Numbered from the stretch's first letter, positions 13,931 to 30,562 are shown. The stretch: DNA of 64,000 nucleotides from the human T2T-CHM13v2.0 reference genome, Homo sapiens (GCF_009914755.1 NC_060932.1); one strand, 5' to 3'. Numbers and translations are program-made. Notes: generated from the sequence alone by a model not told the origin.

Positions 13931-14190
13931 GTGGTATGTGGTATGTGGTGTGTGGTGTGTGGTGTGTGGTATGTGGTAGACCCCTGCAGCTCTACAGCCT
14001 GGCTGTCAAGCCTCTGGGTTCTCCTGGAGCTTACGACCTAATGGGTGTGCATGCATGCATATGTGTGTACAAAAGCATGTGCATCTGTGTGTTTGCGTGT
14101 GCGTGCAAGTTTGTGCATGTGCATAATCATGCATGTGTGGTTACACATGTGCACATAGTTGTGTGTGCCTGTGTGTGTGGTGAGTGTGTG
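13926..14190. repeat. (TGTGG/TATGTGG)n followed by a degenerate TG/CATG tract
   Basis: Simple repeats at 13926-13977 and 14042-14190. Confidence 0.85.
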
Positions 14191-14530
14191 TTGGGGTGGA
14201 GGTGAACAAGGCAGGAAAATGGGGAGGCCATGACAGTTTTTATGTCATTAAAATGATTACCTATCCTTGAGTTCCAAATGATATCTGCCAAACCCTTCCC
14301 TGATTCTCCCATGCCTGCCACCACCACCCCGCCCCAGTCTCTCAGCTGCATCCCGTGTACCTCTCTCTGTCTGCAGGAAAAACCCCATTCCAAGGACTGG
14401 CTTACTCACCCTTTTCTGCTATTAGACTTTGAACACCAGATCTTGCTTCCGTAGGACAGGGACCATCCTGCTCATCTCTCTATCCCCAACATCTACTGTG
14501 GAGCCTGGAACTCGTGATGCCTGTGGCTTC

Positions 14531-14663
14531 ATGGATGCAAGGATGGAAGGATAGATGGAAGGATGGATGGATGGATGAAAGGATGGAAGGAAGGAAGGAA
14601 GGAAGGAAGGAAGGAAGGAAGGAAGGAAGGAAGGAAGGACAAATGGATAAATGGATGGATGGA
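14531..14663. repeat. Compound (GGAT)n-(GGAA)n microsatellite
   Basis: About 13 pure GGAA units flanked by GGAT-like units. Confidence 0.95.
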
Positions 14664-15742
14664 GTAAATGTCATAGGAAAAGTGCAGATAAAATTCTAAT
14701 ATTCAGAGAAAAGAGAGCTAAATTTAGGTGGGAGAGTTTAAGAAGATGCTCATAGGAGAAGAAAGCTCTTACAATGGGTCTTAAAGATGGATGGAGTGGC
14801 CATAAGTAAGGAGGTGAATCAGAGGAAGATACTGCGGGGGGAACAGAGAGCTGCTGTCCATGGTAAGGGCAGCTGTAGCCTCATGCAAAGTGCCTGCATT
14901 TGAGGATGAGAAGCTGGCCTGGGGCACCTGCAGGGCTCGGGGCTGCTGATGCTGCTGGGGCTGCCGATGCACTCATGTCCCATGCAGCATGGCCTCAGTC
15001 CTCCCTGCATTCCCTGCCTTTTCTTCCTTTTCCTTCCTGTTTTCTCTCCCATTCATTCTCAATTCTCTCTTCTTTTTATCACTATCTGCATCCACCCAAA
15101 TACACTTAACTAATTAAAATCTCTATAGTGTGTTCAAAAGTTATTTCTCACCTGCAGTACTCCCTTGAGCTCCAGGCTGTCCGTTCCCCCAATTTCATTA
15201 TGCCCCCAAAAGGCTGGGCACATTTTAAAACATGTTCTCTCCACAAACACAGAATTCCCTGAGCACCTAAGCAGAATTGAATGGAGAGGAAATGAAGAAC
15301 ATATTAACTTCCTCTTAGATCCCCGGGCTGATTTCTTTCAGGCTCAGGGCTCAGACTGCATGATAAGATAACCATTTTGTGAAAAGATGAAAGCTGCTCC
15401 GTGCAGGGCGCATTCTGTGCAGGTACAGAACAGATAGGGAGGGGCTTATGTCTCCGTCCCTCCTCCCCCGCTCCCATGCTCACCGCTTGCTTTCTGTTGC
15501 GAGTGTCTAGAATGCCCTGGCCCTCTTTTCTAGGAATTGGATTGTACCATTGTCATTCCAACCTCTCTTATCAGAGGCAAAGCCCCAGGGTGCAGCCCTC
15601 CCCGCAGCGTGGCCACAGCCACTCAGAACTCCAGAGAGTCACGCCCCGGGTGGACATGTGTGTGAATCATCAGCACAGCACCCTCAGATCCCCACCCTGA
15701 GGCACAGCCCCTCGTGTCATGACAGCTGTCACTCATCTTTTT

Positions 15743-16036
<294 letters not shown>

Positions 16037-16412
16037 TGTCACTCATCTTTTTTCGTTTGTTTTCATAACTAACAGCATGTCCACCAACAGACTCTGAGAG
16101 AGCTCAGGCAGCACATATTCTCTGGGACTTAATCGCTGCTGTTGGCCGGATGCCTTCCACATTGAGATGCAATCCACAGACAAGTTGTCAAGTCCATCTG
16201 GGTGAGGACTCCGAAGAGGAAAACAGGTTACCACGTGGTTAGCCACACCATTACAACACTGGCGACTGTTCCTATGATGGACGGCTCTAATCTCGGTGCA
16301 CTGGGAGATAACAAGCCCATCCCCACGAGTTGAGTGAGAATTTAACTTGTGCCTGGAGCCAGAAGCGCGACGCAGAGTGGACTGGGGTGCACTGAGCCTT
16401 GCCAGGGTCCCG

Positions 16413-16556
16413 CACCCTCACCGGGAGCTGTGATGGGGCCACCTTCTCCCTCTCCAGGCCCCACTTTCCTGTTTGAAGGATGCCCGCCCTCACCAGGAGC
16501 TGTGAAGGGGCCACCTTCTCCCTCTCCAGACTCCACTTTCCTGTTTGGAGGATGCC
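16413..16556. repeat. 72-bp tandem duplication (2 copies)
   Basis: ccctcacc.ggagctgtga.ggggccaccttctccctctccag... starts at 16415 and 16487. Confidence 0.95.
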
Positions 16557-16699
16557 GACAGCGAGACCTGCCCACATTGCATCGCTTTGCATGTCTAGCT
16601 GTGCTTGATATAGAAGACCTTCTGTGTGGATGTGTGACACACCTCAGAGCCAGCAGGTGGGACACAGCTGTGCCATGAGCACCACGGCCCGTGTCCTTG

Positions 16700-17283
16700 T
16701 AGGGCCTCCCTTCCCTGCCTTCTTCCTGTGCCCCCAGGCCTCTCAGTCCATCCTCAACAGCCAGGGAGACCCCCTCAAGCATCAGTGGCTTCCCATCTCT
16801 TCTCTGCTCCTATGGCCTCCAGACTCAGAAGCCCAGCAAAGTCCTGTTATTATTGCCAGCCCCACCCTTCAGGACCCAGACAGGGCCTCCTCTTGCCTGC
16901 TCTCCCTGTGGTCCTCCTCCCTGGCAGTGCCGCCACAGGCACCAACTCAGAGCTGTGGACGCACCGTGCCTGGAACCCTCCACCCAGGACCCTCAGAGAT
17001 ACGTCCTACTTCCTTAGGTCTCTGCCCTGGTCAAGCCCTCCCCACCACACTTGTCCCAGCGGGTAAAGGCCCGAAACATGGGGTGATGAGCCCCTTGCCC
17101 CGCGTTTTTTAGAGTGTTTGTCACTGTCTGACGTTTGCCTGTTTATCTGTTTATTGCCGGTACCACCACCCAACTGAAGGCTTTGGAGCAGGGGCTGTTT
17201 CACTCACTGTCTACCACGGTACCTTGTTTGCAGCAGGTGCTTTGTAAATTTTGTTTGAATGGCTGGGTTGAGTCATTAATGAA
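16700..17283 (+). mobile_element. L2 3' fragment
   Basis: cagtggcttcccat..., tgcctggaaccctc..., and the terminal gcaggtgctttgtaaattttgtttgaatg are typical of an L2 3' end. Confidence 0.6.
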
Positions 17284-20200
17284 AGAGAGAGAAAGGAAGG
17301 CAGGAAAACACTTTTAAAACTCATACCACAGAAGATCTATCTAAAACCTCTCCAATTCTGTAATTCTATGACCTCATGAGAAAAGAAAAAAAAACACCCA
17401 CCTAGTGACCATAATGTAGCAAACTTCCTGCCGGGCTGGGCGCTGGAGTCGGGTGTGGCTGCACAGCTCTGCTGCCTTGCAGACCACTCCAGGGAGCTGC
17501 CGGGAGCTGGACGCATGCTGGTGTCTTACCCCACGGAGGGGGCATCACTGCGGACAGAGCCCAGCGTGGGCGGCGGTGACCAGCAGTGCTTCCTCTCAGA
17601 AGCTGCCTGTACCTTCTGGAAATATGAAATATGGCAACCATACAACCATTTCTGGATAATACAGTTCCACCTTTGAAAATGGTTTGAAACCACACAAACA
17701 TCCAGGTCTCATCTATTTGGGGCTAAGATTTTAGAAACAGTAGAATTTTTCTTACAAAACATTTAAATAAGAAAGTACAAAGCGGCTCCTGTGAGCACAG
17801 CAGCAGAATCGTTTCCACGGAATTCGGCCCAGGGATCCACAGTTTGGTAACCAGCACAGGATTTTCTACAGAGCCCAGGATTTTCTACGGAGCCCTTCCT
17901 CTCAAGAGCATCAGAGTACTTGAGAATATTAACCATGTGTTATTCGGAGCAATTCCAGCCTTGGAAATTTGCGGAGGATGTAAACTTTGCCAACTAACCT
18001 AGGGGAGAGCTTCACCCAAATTCTTACCTCCACTGAGCCCCTAATGCACACTTCCTCTTTGTGTTTAATCCATTTATTTGTTTAATACATTTATTTATTC
18101 ATTCCATTATCAAACATTCATTGAGACCTCTGTTGGTAGTTTAAGACATTCTGCTAAGTATACAGCATGACTCAGATTAAAATGGCCGTTGGAGACACAA
18201 TATCAAACATAAAAACTAATGTAAGACAAGGCAGAGCATAAACCTGGTAGCTGCTGATATTTACTGATATCAGTAAATATCCTGAGCTGCACCCCAGAGG
18301 TATGGTCTTACTGTGCCTGGGATGATGTCCAGAAATTTGTCCTTTACACACTTCCTGGGTGATGCTGAGGTATAGCCTCGGTTTAAAGCCCTTTGAACTA
18401 TGGAAAAATAAAGGCAAACCTCAAACAGATAAGGAAATGCAAGATCTCAGTGAGCTGTCCCAGGACCAGATCTTGGATCCCACGACTGGGAACCAGCAGA
18501 GCCCACTGGGTTCTAGAACCTCTGCCAGCTCACCCAGACGAGATCTAAGGATTTCCCTTAAGCTTTCCTCAGCAGTTATCTGGATGGTGGATTAAGTAAC
18601 CATCAGCCATTTGTGTGTAACTCAAACTCACATTATCGGGTCAGTTAACAGATTTACTAATTTATACCTTGCTTCTTTTCATGAGGAACTGAAGCGAGAA
18701 CAGAAACGTGTACAATGGAATGATGGAATGTCTACTGAATCCACAATCGTGGTCACGGAACGTTAAGTGAGAATGAAGGCAAAGAAAAGAGATGTATATG
18801 ACTGTCACAGGACCTTTGATTATTGATTTAAGAGCCTCAGATGTTTCTCTGAGCCATATAGTGATCAGAGCAACACAGGAAACAGCTTCAGCCACATTCT
18901 TTGTTCTGTGGAGAAGGAGGAGATTTAGAAGCAAAAAATAAACATAACTGCTTTCCTAAATGTTATGAAACAGATCTTTTCCTGAGTTCTAAAGCAAGTG
19001 AAGAAAAATTTTAAGTGAAGTGTGTCTATATTCAATTTTGAGTTTCTGTGTATGTCTTCCTTCATCACATGCGTGTATTTATTTTATTCGAGCTTTATGG
19101 GGATATAAGTCACACACCATAAAAGTCACGCTTTAGGATGTACAATTCGGTAGCATTCAGTAGATTTACAGGTATGTGCAACCATCGCTCTAATCAATTT
19201 AAAACATCTTCACCCCAAAAAGCAACCCTGTGCCTTAGCAGCCGCCTGCCCTCTCACCTACCCTGATGCTGGGAATCAACAATCTGTCTTCCATTTTGAG
19301 ATCTGCCTGTTCTGCACACTTCATATGAATGAAATTGTACATTGGTGGTCTTTTGTGACTGGCTTCTTTCCCATGGCATAAGGTTTTGAAGGCCCTTCCC
19401 TGGTGCAGCACGTTTCTGGGCTTAATTGGTTTTAATTGCTGAAAACATTTCCATTGTGCGGTACAGCCCCCATGTTTGTCCATTCATCCGTCGGGCAGCA
19501 TTGAGGTCGTCTCCACTTTTTGGCAACTATGAATGATGTCGCTGTAAGCATTCTTACACAGGCTTTTGCCTGGATGTGTTTTCATTTCTCTTGGATGTGC
19601 ACCTCGGAGTAGACTCACTGGGGCTTTTGGTGACTCTGTGTTCAGCCTTTTTAGGACCCTCCAGCCTGTTCTCCCTTCCCCAGCAGCGTGCGAGGTTCCA
19701 GTTTCTCTGCATCTTCATCAAGCTTTGGAACTGTGTCCTTTTCCCTCTGTCCACTCCAGGGGGCTTGAGTGGTACCGCACTGTGGTTTTGATTTCATTTC
19801 CCTACTGGTGAGTGATTCTGAACGCCTTTCTGTGTGCTCTTTCGCCGTTAGGACATCTTCTTTGGAGAAATATTCAGCTCCTATGCCCATTATTATTTGG
19901 ATTATTTGTCTTATTATAATGGAGTTGTCAGATTTATATATTCTGGATTCAAGTTCCTTCACAAATACGTGATTTACAAAAATGTTTCCCATTCTGTGGA
20001 TGGCCTTTGCATTTTTTTGATGGCATCTTTTAAAGCATAAAACTTTTTAATTTTAGGTCGTTTATTTTATCTATATTTTTTCCTGTGCTTTGGTGACATG
20101 TCTAAGAAACCATTGCCTGGTTCACAGTCACAAAGAAATGCATCTATGTTTTCTACAAATAGCTTTATAGTTTGAGCCCTTTTCTGTCTTTAAGCCACTT

Positions 20201-20696
20201 TGAGTTCATTTTTGCAGATTTTGTAAGATGGGGGTTAAATTCATTGTTTGGTGTGTAGAAATTGGGTTATCCTAGCATTATTTGTAGGAGAGACTATTCT
20301 TTCCCCTCTGGGTGACCTTGTCTCCCTTATCAAAAGTATCACATGTGCAGGTGCATGTCTGGACTCCAGTTCAGTTCCATGGGTCCATGTGTGCATCCTT
20401 GTGTGGGGCCCCACCCTTTTGATTACTATCACTTTGTGACTCTTGGGATCCATAAGTGTGAGTCTTCCAACCTGGTTCTTCTCTTTCAAGATTGTTTTTG
20501 CTTCTCAGGACCCATTGCATTTCTATATGAATTTGAGGATTGGCTTTTGCACTTCTGCAAAAAAGCCATGTGAGGTTTTGACAGGAATTTCAGGGAATCT
20601 CTAGGTCACTTGGGGTAGGACCTACCTCATCTTAACCATTAAGTCTGCCAATCTATGAACATAGGATGTCTTTTCATTTACGTAAGTCTTGCTTAA

Positions 20697-21052
<356 letters not shown>

Positions 21053-21585
21053 CTCTTTTACCTCCTTGGTTAGGCGGTCCCAGGGACTTTATTCTTTTAG
21101 ATGTTATTTTAAGTGGAATTGCTTTTCTAATTTCCTTTTTGGGTTTCTCATTGCTAATGTATAGAAATACAATTGATTTTTTATTTTGCTCCTGTAACCT
21201 GCTCCTTTGCTGAGCAGCAGTGAAAGTGGGCATCCTTGTCTTGTTCTCTTCTCACAGGGAGAGCTTTCAGCCCTTCAGCATTGAGTATGATGTTAGCTGT
21301 GGGTTTCCCATAAATGCCCATTATCATGTTGGGGAAGTTCCCTCCAGTCCTAGTTCTCTGAGTGTTTTTATCATGAAATAGTGTTGTACTTTGTCACATG
21401 CCTTTTCTGTATCAATTGTGTTGAGTATGTGGCCTTTTCCCCTTTGTTCTATTAAAGTGATTTATTACATTGATTGATTTTCCTATGTTGAACCACCCTT
21501 GCATTGCTAGGATAAATTCTACATAGTCACTGTATATAATTCTCCTCATATGCTGCTATATTTGATTTGCTAGTATTTTTGAGGA

Positions 21586-21881
<296 letters not shown>

Positions 21882-24800
21882 TATTTTTGAGGCTTTTTGC
21901 ATCTCTATTTATAAGGGATATTAATCTATAGTTTTCTTTTCTTGTCTTTATCTGGCTTTGCTAGCAGGGTAATTCTGGCCCTGATAGAATTACCATAGAA
22001 TGGGCTTGGAAGCATTCCTGCCTATTCTAGTCCTGGGAGACTTTGAGAGGGATCGGTGTTAATTCTTTTTTAAATATTGATAGAATTCACCTGTGACACC
22101 ATCTGGTCCTGAACTTTTCGTCCCACAAGCACGGCGTGCACCCTGTAAACATTTGCTGCATTCTTCATATTTTTATTGTTATACTTACAATATGCTATTT
22201 AGATTGGGTAGGCCGGCCGCCCCATAAGTGCAACAGTAAGACGTGCATTTACATTCTATTCTGAATTTGGGGAGATGGTTGTACGTTCATGAATAAATGA
22301 CTATAATTGCTGTTTTCTCTCAATGACAAAAATGGTGTCATGAAGCAGTGGAAATTAGGAAACTAAGACGCTTTCCGCATTTTGTGTTTGCTACCTCATT
22401 TTCACAAAAAGAAATTACCAGCCCCTAAGTATTTATTACACATTGTGCACACCTAAAAAACCCGGAGACCTAGCTTAGTGCTCGTTACATGTTCTAGTGT
22501 TGCCATTGTTTACAGCACGCTGCCATTGTCATTATTGTGATAATATTTTAAAGTACATGTTTCCATGCATCCATCAGGAAATCCAGTCCTGTATAGTGGA
22601 AATGAGAATGTGGTATCAACATGTGGCATAATCAAATTTAATTCATTTCAGTTAAATTTTATCTTTTATGCCATTCTTTTATGAAGCCACATTCATAACA
22701 TAGCTTCTAGGCTAAACATTAGGCAGAAGTAGGATACGTGAGTGGGGCAGTAATGGACTCTCTTTTTAATATGAAGGAAGATTAAAATTGTATTAAATTA
22801 CACGTTAATGGAAAAACAAAGCAAAAGATAATAGGATGACAACTTTATGCAGCTGTAAAGTCTGGATTACAGCACATAGTTTTGCTATTTAGCAGTTGAA
22901 TATTGAATTTCATTTGAAAATTTGCTTTTAATTATATTAAAATAATATCTAAATATTCCCCCAATATATTAAAGTGCTCTCATTATAATTTGACTGTTTG
23001 AGAAAGGAAGACGCCGCCGGCCATTACAGTGTAGGTGCTCCTGTGAGACAGCGTAGGCACCTGAAATATAACACAGTGAGGCTCACCTTGAAGTTAAAGG
23101 ATCTCTTTATCCTTCAACTGGGGACTGTTTACTGTGAGAATATGCAGGAGCAATCCCTTTGCTGGCCTCAGTGGGAGAAACAGCCCCACACCTTGCTGTC
23201 AGTCTCTCGGGATCCCTCAGGAAATCTTTACGTTCCCTTCTGCATTCACACCTGGGTGTGAGAAGCCGGTCCCTGACTTCCCAGGGACTCATGAAATCGT
23301 ATCCCTTCCTTATCCCATGTTTCCATGGCCATGCTGGCCCAGACGGCTGGCCGTCCTGGATCCTGAAATCTGCGACGTTTTGAGGCCATACCTAGGACTA
23401 GTCACTTGGTAAACATTATCAGCAGGGGATTTTGTTGTTGTTGTTTGTTTGTTTTTGCCTTGGTTACCTGGAGGGTTGGGGTTGGACACGATGGGAAAAC
23501 TCTCACTCCCCATCACTCTGCTTGCTTTCCCTGGCATCCATGTTGCTCAGGGAGTCAGAGTGGGTGGCTCTCCAAGCGCAGGGCATGATGGACTCACCCC
23601 AAGACTGCAAGCAGGGGTGCATCTCAGGCTGCTTAGGGTGGTGGCGAGAGAGGAGCAAGTGGGAGAGACGCTTATGGTGACGGGAGAGCTGGCAGGCAGG
23701 AATTCGTTCCGGGATCCGAGGCATGGAGGTGGTCCAGGAGAGGCAGGTATTGGACAAACGTGTGGGGGGATAGTTCCCTTCCTGAGGAGACGGCCACGCT
23801 CAGCCGTCGAGGTGGCCACTTCTTGCTCCTTTCTGGGTCTTTGGCCTCGAGGACGGCACACAGCAAGGCCGAGTGGTGTGGAGCCGGGTCTTGGAGTGAA
23901 TGCAGGGATGCATTCCAGGCCTGGGAGGAGAGGCGGCAGGACCCGGGCAGCGACATCTACAAATGACGGCAGCCGGGTGTGCTTAAGGCTCAGCAGACTC
24001 ACAGGGACGTGCGGACCGTGGGGCAGAGGGAGGCTCGGCAGCTCCTCTGGTCATCACAGAGCTTGGACGTCTGGTCTGGGCCTGGCACTGCTGCGGGATG
24101 GCCTGTGGCTGTCACAAGGAAGGCAGCTGTGCCCGCAGGGAGCTTGCTGTCCTAGATGTGGCCCTGGGTGACAGGCTGAGAAGACCAGGGCTCCCCTAAA
24201 AGTTGGTGGATGGGCTGGGGTGCATTTGAGGGGGTCAGCCCCACAGCTGTGTCTGGGTGGAGGCAGGTGGAGAGGGAGAGAGAGGAGGAGGCCATCGTGA
24301 TGGTCCTGGTGACAAGGAGGAGGGTCTGGGGCAGGAGGGGCCTGGGATGGAGGAGGCAGATGTGGGGTTGAGGGGGGCCTGCCAGAAGGAGGAAGGTGTG
24401 AGTGCAGAGACCAGGGGAGCAACAGGCCGTGGAGCTGGCAGATCCTCCTTCTCTGCAGGTCACCCCAGCGCCCAGCCGCCTTCCCAGGGAGAGAGGAGAG
24501 AGCAAGCGACCTGCCCCTTGGTGGCTCAGTGGCCATAAGACAGGTGGTGCTTTGTTGTAGCCACAGCCTCGCTCCTCCAGGCATTCAGGGAAAGCCCATC
24601 ACAGGCCGCAGAAGGACACAGGGAGGAGTCAGGCGGGATTCCTCTGGGGAAGGAGGCACAGCTGCCCCCACACAGATGGGACCTCGAGAAAGCTCCTCCC
24701 ATCCTCACTGGCCTGTAAGGGTGTGGACTGAACAAACGATTTCACGATTAATACCTGTGTATGTGATACATGAGCTTACTAGACAATATCACCCATCAAG

Positions 24801-24949
24801 TACCAGATGCTATTTTTAAAACTTCTTAAGCTGTACGACAAAACTGAAATCTATGTGAAATACAACTATGCTTTTCCCCCAAATTGTTAATTTCCTTTAA
24901 TACCACAAAATCCGGCTGTCAAGAGACCTGTTCAATCTACTAGATGCTA

Positions 24950-26590
<1,641 letters not shown>

Positions 26591-26600
26591 TCGTTATTCC

Positions 26601-27185
26601 TTTTTTAATTGACAGATAACAACTGCATACACATTTAGGTTGTGCAACAGGATGTTCTGAGCTACGGATATGTTCTGGGACAGCTCCACTGAGCTGTTAA
26701 CACACGCATTACCTTACATACGTAATTTTTTTGGTGGGAGCACTTAAAATCCACTCTGGATGATTTCCACCTATTCAATACGTGGTTGTTAACTGCAGTT
26801 ACCGTGCTGGCCAACAGGTCTCTTGAGCTGACCCCTCCTCACTGAAATGTTGTCCTTTGACCAACATCTCCCAATTCTTCCCCATCCCCAGTCCCTCTGG
26901 TAACCACGGTTCCACTCTCTGCTCCTATGAGTTCAGCTGTTTCAGATGCCACCCGTGAGAGGGACCATGTGGCCTCTGTCTGTGTGCGCCGGGCTCATCC
27001 TGCTTTGCAGTTTCTTCCAGCTCACCTGTGTTGTGGAGAATGGCAGATCTCCTTCTTTCAAAGACTGAGTAGTGTCCCCTGTGTATGTACCGCATCTTCT
27101 TTATCCATCATTTGCCGGGAGACTCGAGGATTGACGGCACGCTATGGCTTTGTGCGCGGGGCTGCAGGGATGGCGGGACGTTATC
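26601..27185 (-). mobile_element. L1MA (L1MA8/9-like) 3' end
   Basis: ttttttaattgacagataa...cacttaaaatccactct...cctttgaccaacatctccc...ggtaaccac..ttccactctctgct.ctatgagttca. Confidence 0.82.
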
Positions 27186-28689
27186 TACGGGCAGCTCTCA
27201 TGCGTGAGTCTGGCCTGCTCTGGGAGGGCCTCTGAAGATCCCGACTCCTCCTTGGAACCATCCCTCTAAACACAGTGGGCCATTTCTTTAAGGCCTCTAA
27301 GGCTGGAGGGTTTAACAACCACAGCAAACACAGACTTGCCCATGTGGGTGTTTTCCATGTGAGAGCTGATGGACCGGCCTAATGGAAGTGGGCCTGCGAC
27401 ATTCGTGAGTTCACTCCCTGCACCTGGCCACAGCCTCTCTAAGCACCCCCCACTACAAAAAGCCTGATTATGGAAAAGGCCTCTGTGTCTCTGGGGTGTG
27501 GATTAAATGAATTTACCAAAGGCAAAAACAAAGAAGGTAGATCCCTAGAGCTGGCATATTGCAGAATTCCCTGTTTTATGTGATTTCACTCTCTGTCTCT
27601 GAATTGTGCCATGCCTGAGTTTACTGGAGAAGCTCTCTGGGAGGCACACGCTACTTCTGAGGATGCCACTCAGTGACTTCCATCAGTCGATAGCGCTGTT
27701 AAAAAAAACATAACATGTGTGTCCCAACTCACAAATCACTCTTGCTTGCCTAGAGCAGCGGCTGTGGGCCTCGCATCAGCTTAGAGACATCTTCATGGAG
27801 TAATGGGCCATTGCTGGCTGAGCCAACAGGCAGTCAACTAATGGGACAGGGGGACTAGCAGCCGTGATTCTTTCTGGGAGTCGTGGTGGCAAATCCTTCC
27901 AGTGGCACCGTCACCATCAGGTCCAGCGTCCACATCTCAACAGCTCTGTTTTGAAAGGAAATGCTAACCAAATTGCCTTTGCAGGCAGATTTATTCAGAG
28001 ACAAATTGGTAGTTGCATAAAATATTATTTTATAGCAATGGAAGAGGCATAAATTTTGTTTGCCGTCGGCAAACCCTAATCATATCCAAATGTAAAAGTT
28101 GTGTCTGCTTGTTTAGAGAAGCCTGGTAGAAAGAATCGGGGTTCACTCTGATCTGTCTCCTCATTGTCACAGACACATAGCTCTCTTGTTTTTGTCTGTG
28201 CCTGGTGTGGATAGTCAGTGTTCCCTGAATGAGCACTTCAGGACACTGTCAGAGCCTCCAGGTTTTGCCCCAGGGTCACCTGCCTCCAATGCCTGCCACT
28301 CTCCCCAAGCCCCTCCAGCTGCGCCTTCTCCACAGGTCCTGTGCCCCTTGGACCTGCCTTCTCCAAGGAGCTTCTTCCACCCACTTCCTCCCAGGAACAC
28401 GCTTCTCTCTGCCTCCAACAGCTATTCCACGGTCTAGGTGCAGGGAATACCAGTCGTCCACAAAGGTGAAGTGAGACAGAATGAACCCACACACCGTCAG
28501 CCCCTTTCAAAAACCATCCCTCCGAAAGTGACCTCATTCCATCTGCACTCACGCCTTCCCACCCAGGCTACACTGCAACAAATCCCACACGACAGACAGA
28601 TACAACTGTAAATATGCCTGTGTTGATCTCCCAGAGATCCACACGGAATGATGAGTACGCTTTCTTTTGAAACATAACCACCTGCATTA

Positions 28690-28960
28690 TATCATCCTGG
28701 TCAGTGGTCACATTCCCCTGAGGGCTCACTGTCTCTTGTTGGCTTTTATTTGAATCAGGATCCAGAGAAGGGGCCCGCCTGGCAGCTGCTGATGAGCCTC
28801 TTCATCTCGTTCAGCCCGAGGTTTCTCCTCTCTTTCCTCTCTTCCTCCCCCTAGATTTTTTTTGTTTGGAACCAGCTGGTTGGTCTGATTGTGTCTGTCA
28901 GTCTGAGTTCCGTGCCATGGGGTCATTCCAGACACTCTGGTCCTGTTGTTCTGCAGCCAG
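28690..28960 (-). mobile_element. L1MC-like 3' fragment
   Basis: tttgaatcaggatcca motif and its flanks resemble the L1MC4/5 3' UTR. Confidence 0.45.
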
Positions 28961-30177
28961 CCACCCACTCCTGGACTTCCCTGCCCTGACGCCACTGGCC
29001 TCCCTCTCACGTCCACTCAGATGACACATCCTCGGAAACAACACAGAGCGTTATCGTGCCGACATTGGGAAGCACTGCCCGGAGGATCGGAGGATAGAAG
29101 GACGTCTGCAGGGAGCAGCCACGGCTTTCATGGCGCTCGTTCACAAGGGCGTTTTCTTGCAGTAGCAAGCTTCCCCCATCCCCACATCCGCCTCCCAGTG
29201 AAACCACCTCTTCGGGGCATGCAGCTCGGTGACTTCTCTCCCCTCCTCACTGTCCCCCAGTGGTTGCTGCTGGACCCCTCATGGAAGGATCTATGAAGCT
29301 GAATATCAGGAGCTGTGTGCAACCTCCTCGGGCTGTTTCTGTCCTAGGACTCAGCTGGATTGACGTCTGGCATTTTCAAAGATGCCTGTGCAGGGCTGTC
29401 CCTTCCTGTCAATTGCATTAAACTTTCTGGTGGAAAACTACAGGTTTCTGGGTCCTCACAACCCCAGATTTTATTTCGCAGCCAGGAAACAGGGAAACTA
29501 AAGGAATTTGTCTGTGGGTCCTAGTGTACGGATAAGATTTAAAAGAATAAGAAGAGAGAAATAAATGTTTATAAATTTTCTTCCTTTTTTCACTAGGAGC
29601 ACTTGCAGCTGAACGACAGGATCACTTTTCATTTTCACCCTTGGTTTGTACAGAGTATGTGGTTCACATTAGAGGAAGATTTTTTTCTTGTTTTTAAGTA
29701 GGTCAAAACGGAGAATAAGTGGAATTGAAAGGCAATTCAGGCCTCACGTTATTCTTTCACAAAGCTCTTGTTTTCATCTTTTCTGCATCAGCAGACTAAG
29801 CATCTAAGGTCAAACTTTTCATGAGCATTGTAGGAATGCAGAACGGATTCGCCGTGGCTTAGCTCAGGATGCCAAAGGCTCTCTATGCCACAGTCCACCG
29901 AAACTCCCAGGGACGTGCAGGGAGGGAGAGACGCCGCCTCCCCGGGAAGGCTCCTGGCGGCATCAGATGGAGGGACAGCGGGGCCCCTGCTGCATCCCAG
30001 AGAAGACCCGGCAGCCCCTCCAGCCCTCGGCCTCTGTCCCCGCCTCCTTCCCTCCTGTCCTCAGGCCTCCTCTCTGCAGCCTCCCAGTCTCCCACCGCGT
30101 CCTGCGCTCCTGGTTTTCTCCTCTTCTAGTGTCTTCCCCACGTGGCGTCGCCCGGCCGCAACCCTGGCCCTCCTGGG

Positions 30178-30394
30178 GAAGAGGTTCGGACCCTACTCTT
30201 TATTTGACATGAAGAGGTTCGGACTCCCAGTTTTATTCGGCATGTTCACGGGCAGCAGCCCCATTTTGTTTGGCGTGTTCACGGGCAGCAGCCCTGTTTT
30301 ATTCGGCGTGTTCACGGTCAGCAGCCCCGTTGTGCTCGGCGTGTTCACAGGTAGCAGCCCCGTTGTGCTTGGCGTGTTCACGGGCAGCCCCGTT
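30178..30394. repeat. 33-bp minisatellite, about 6.5 copies
   Basis: Unit ccccgttgtgctcggcgtgttcacgggcagcag and variants; the 33-bp period extends to gaagaggttcgga at 30178 and 30211. Confidence 0.92.
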
Positions 30395-30562
30395 AGACTT
30401 TGGGTTTTACCTGTCAGGCTTTTTACATGTTCACGTGTTGGAAGCAAATGGCAGAAAAGAACACAGAGGGGAGGGGGTGCGATGAAAACGGGGAGCCCTG
30501 AGCATTCCCTCCCTGCGTGTAAAGTGTTTCAGAACCTCTCCCTGCTCCCGCCCTCTGCAGCC

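Noticed and set aside
23449-24600. 240-aa ORF in a G-rich region
   Set aside because: It has no ATG start, no codon bias and no family motif. It is probably a decayed L2 or GC-rich intron sequence.
28058-28074. Palindrome gtttgccg-t-cggcaaac
   Set aside because: About one 8-bp-arm palindrome of this form is expected by chance in 64 kb.
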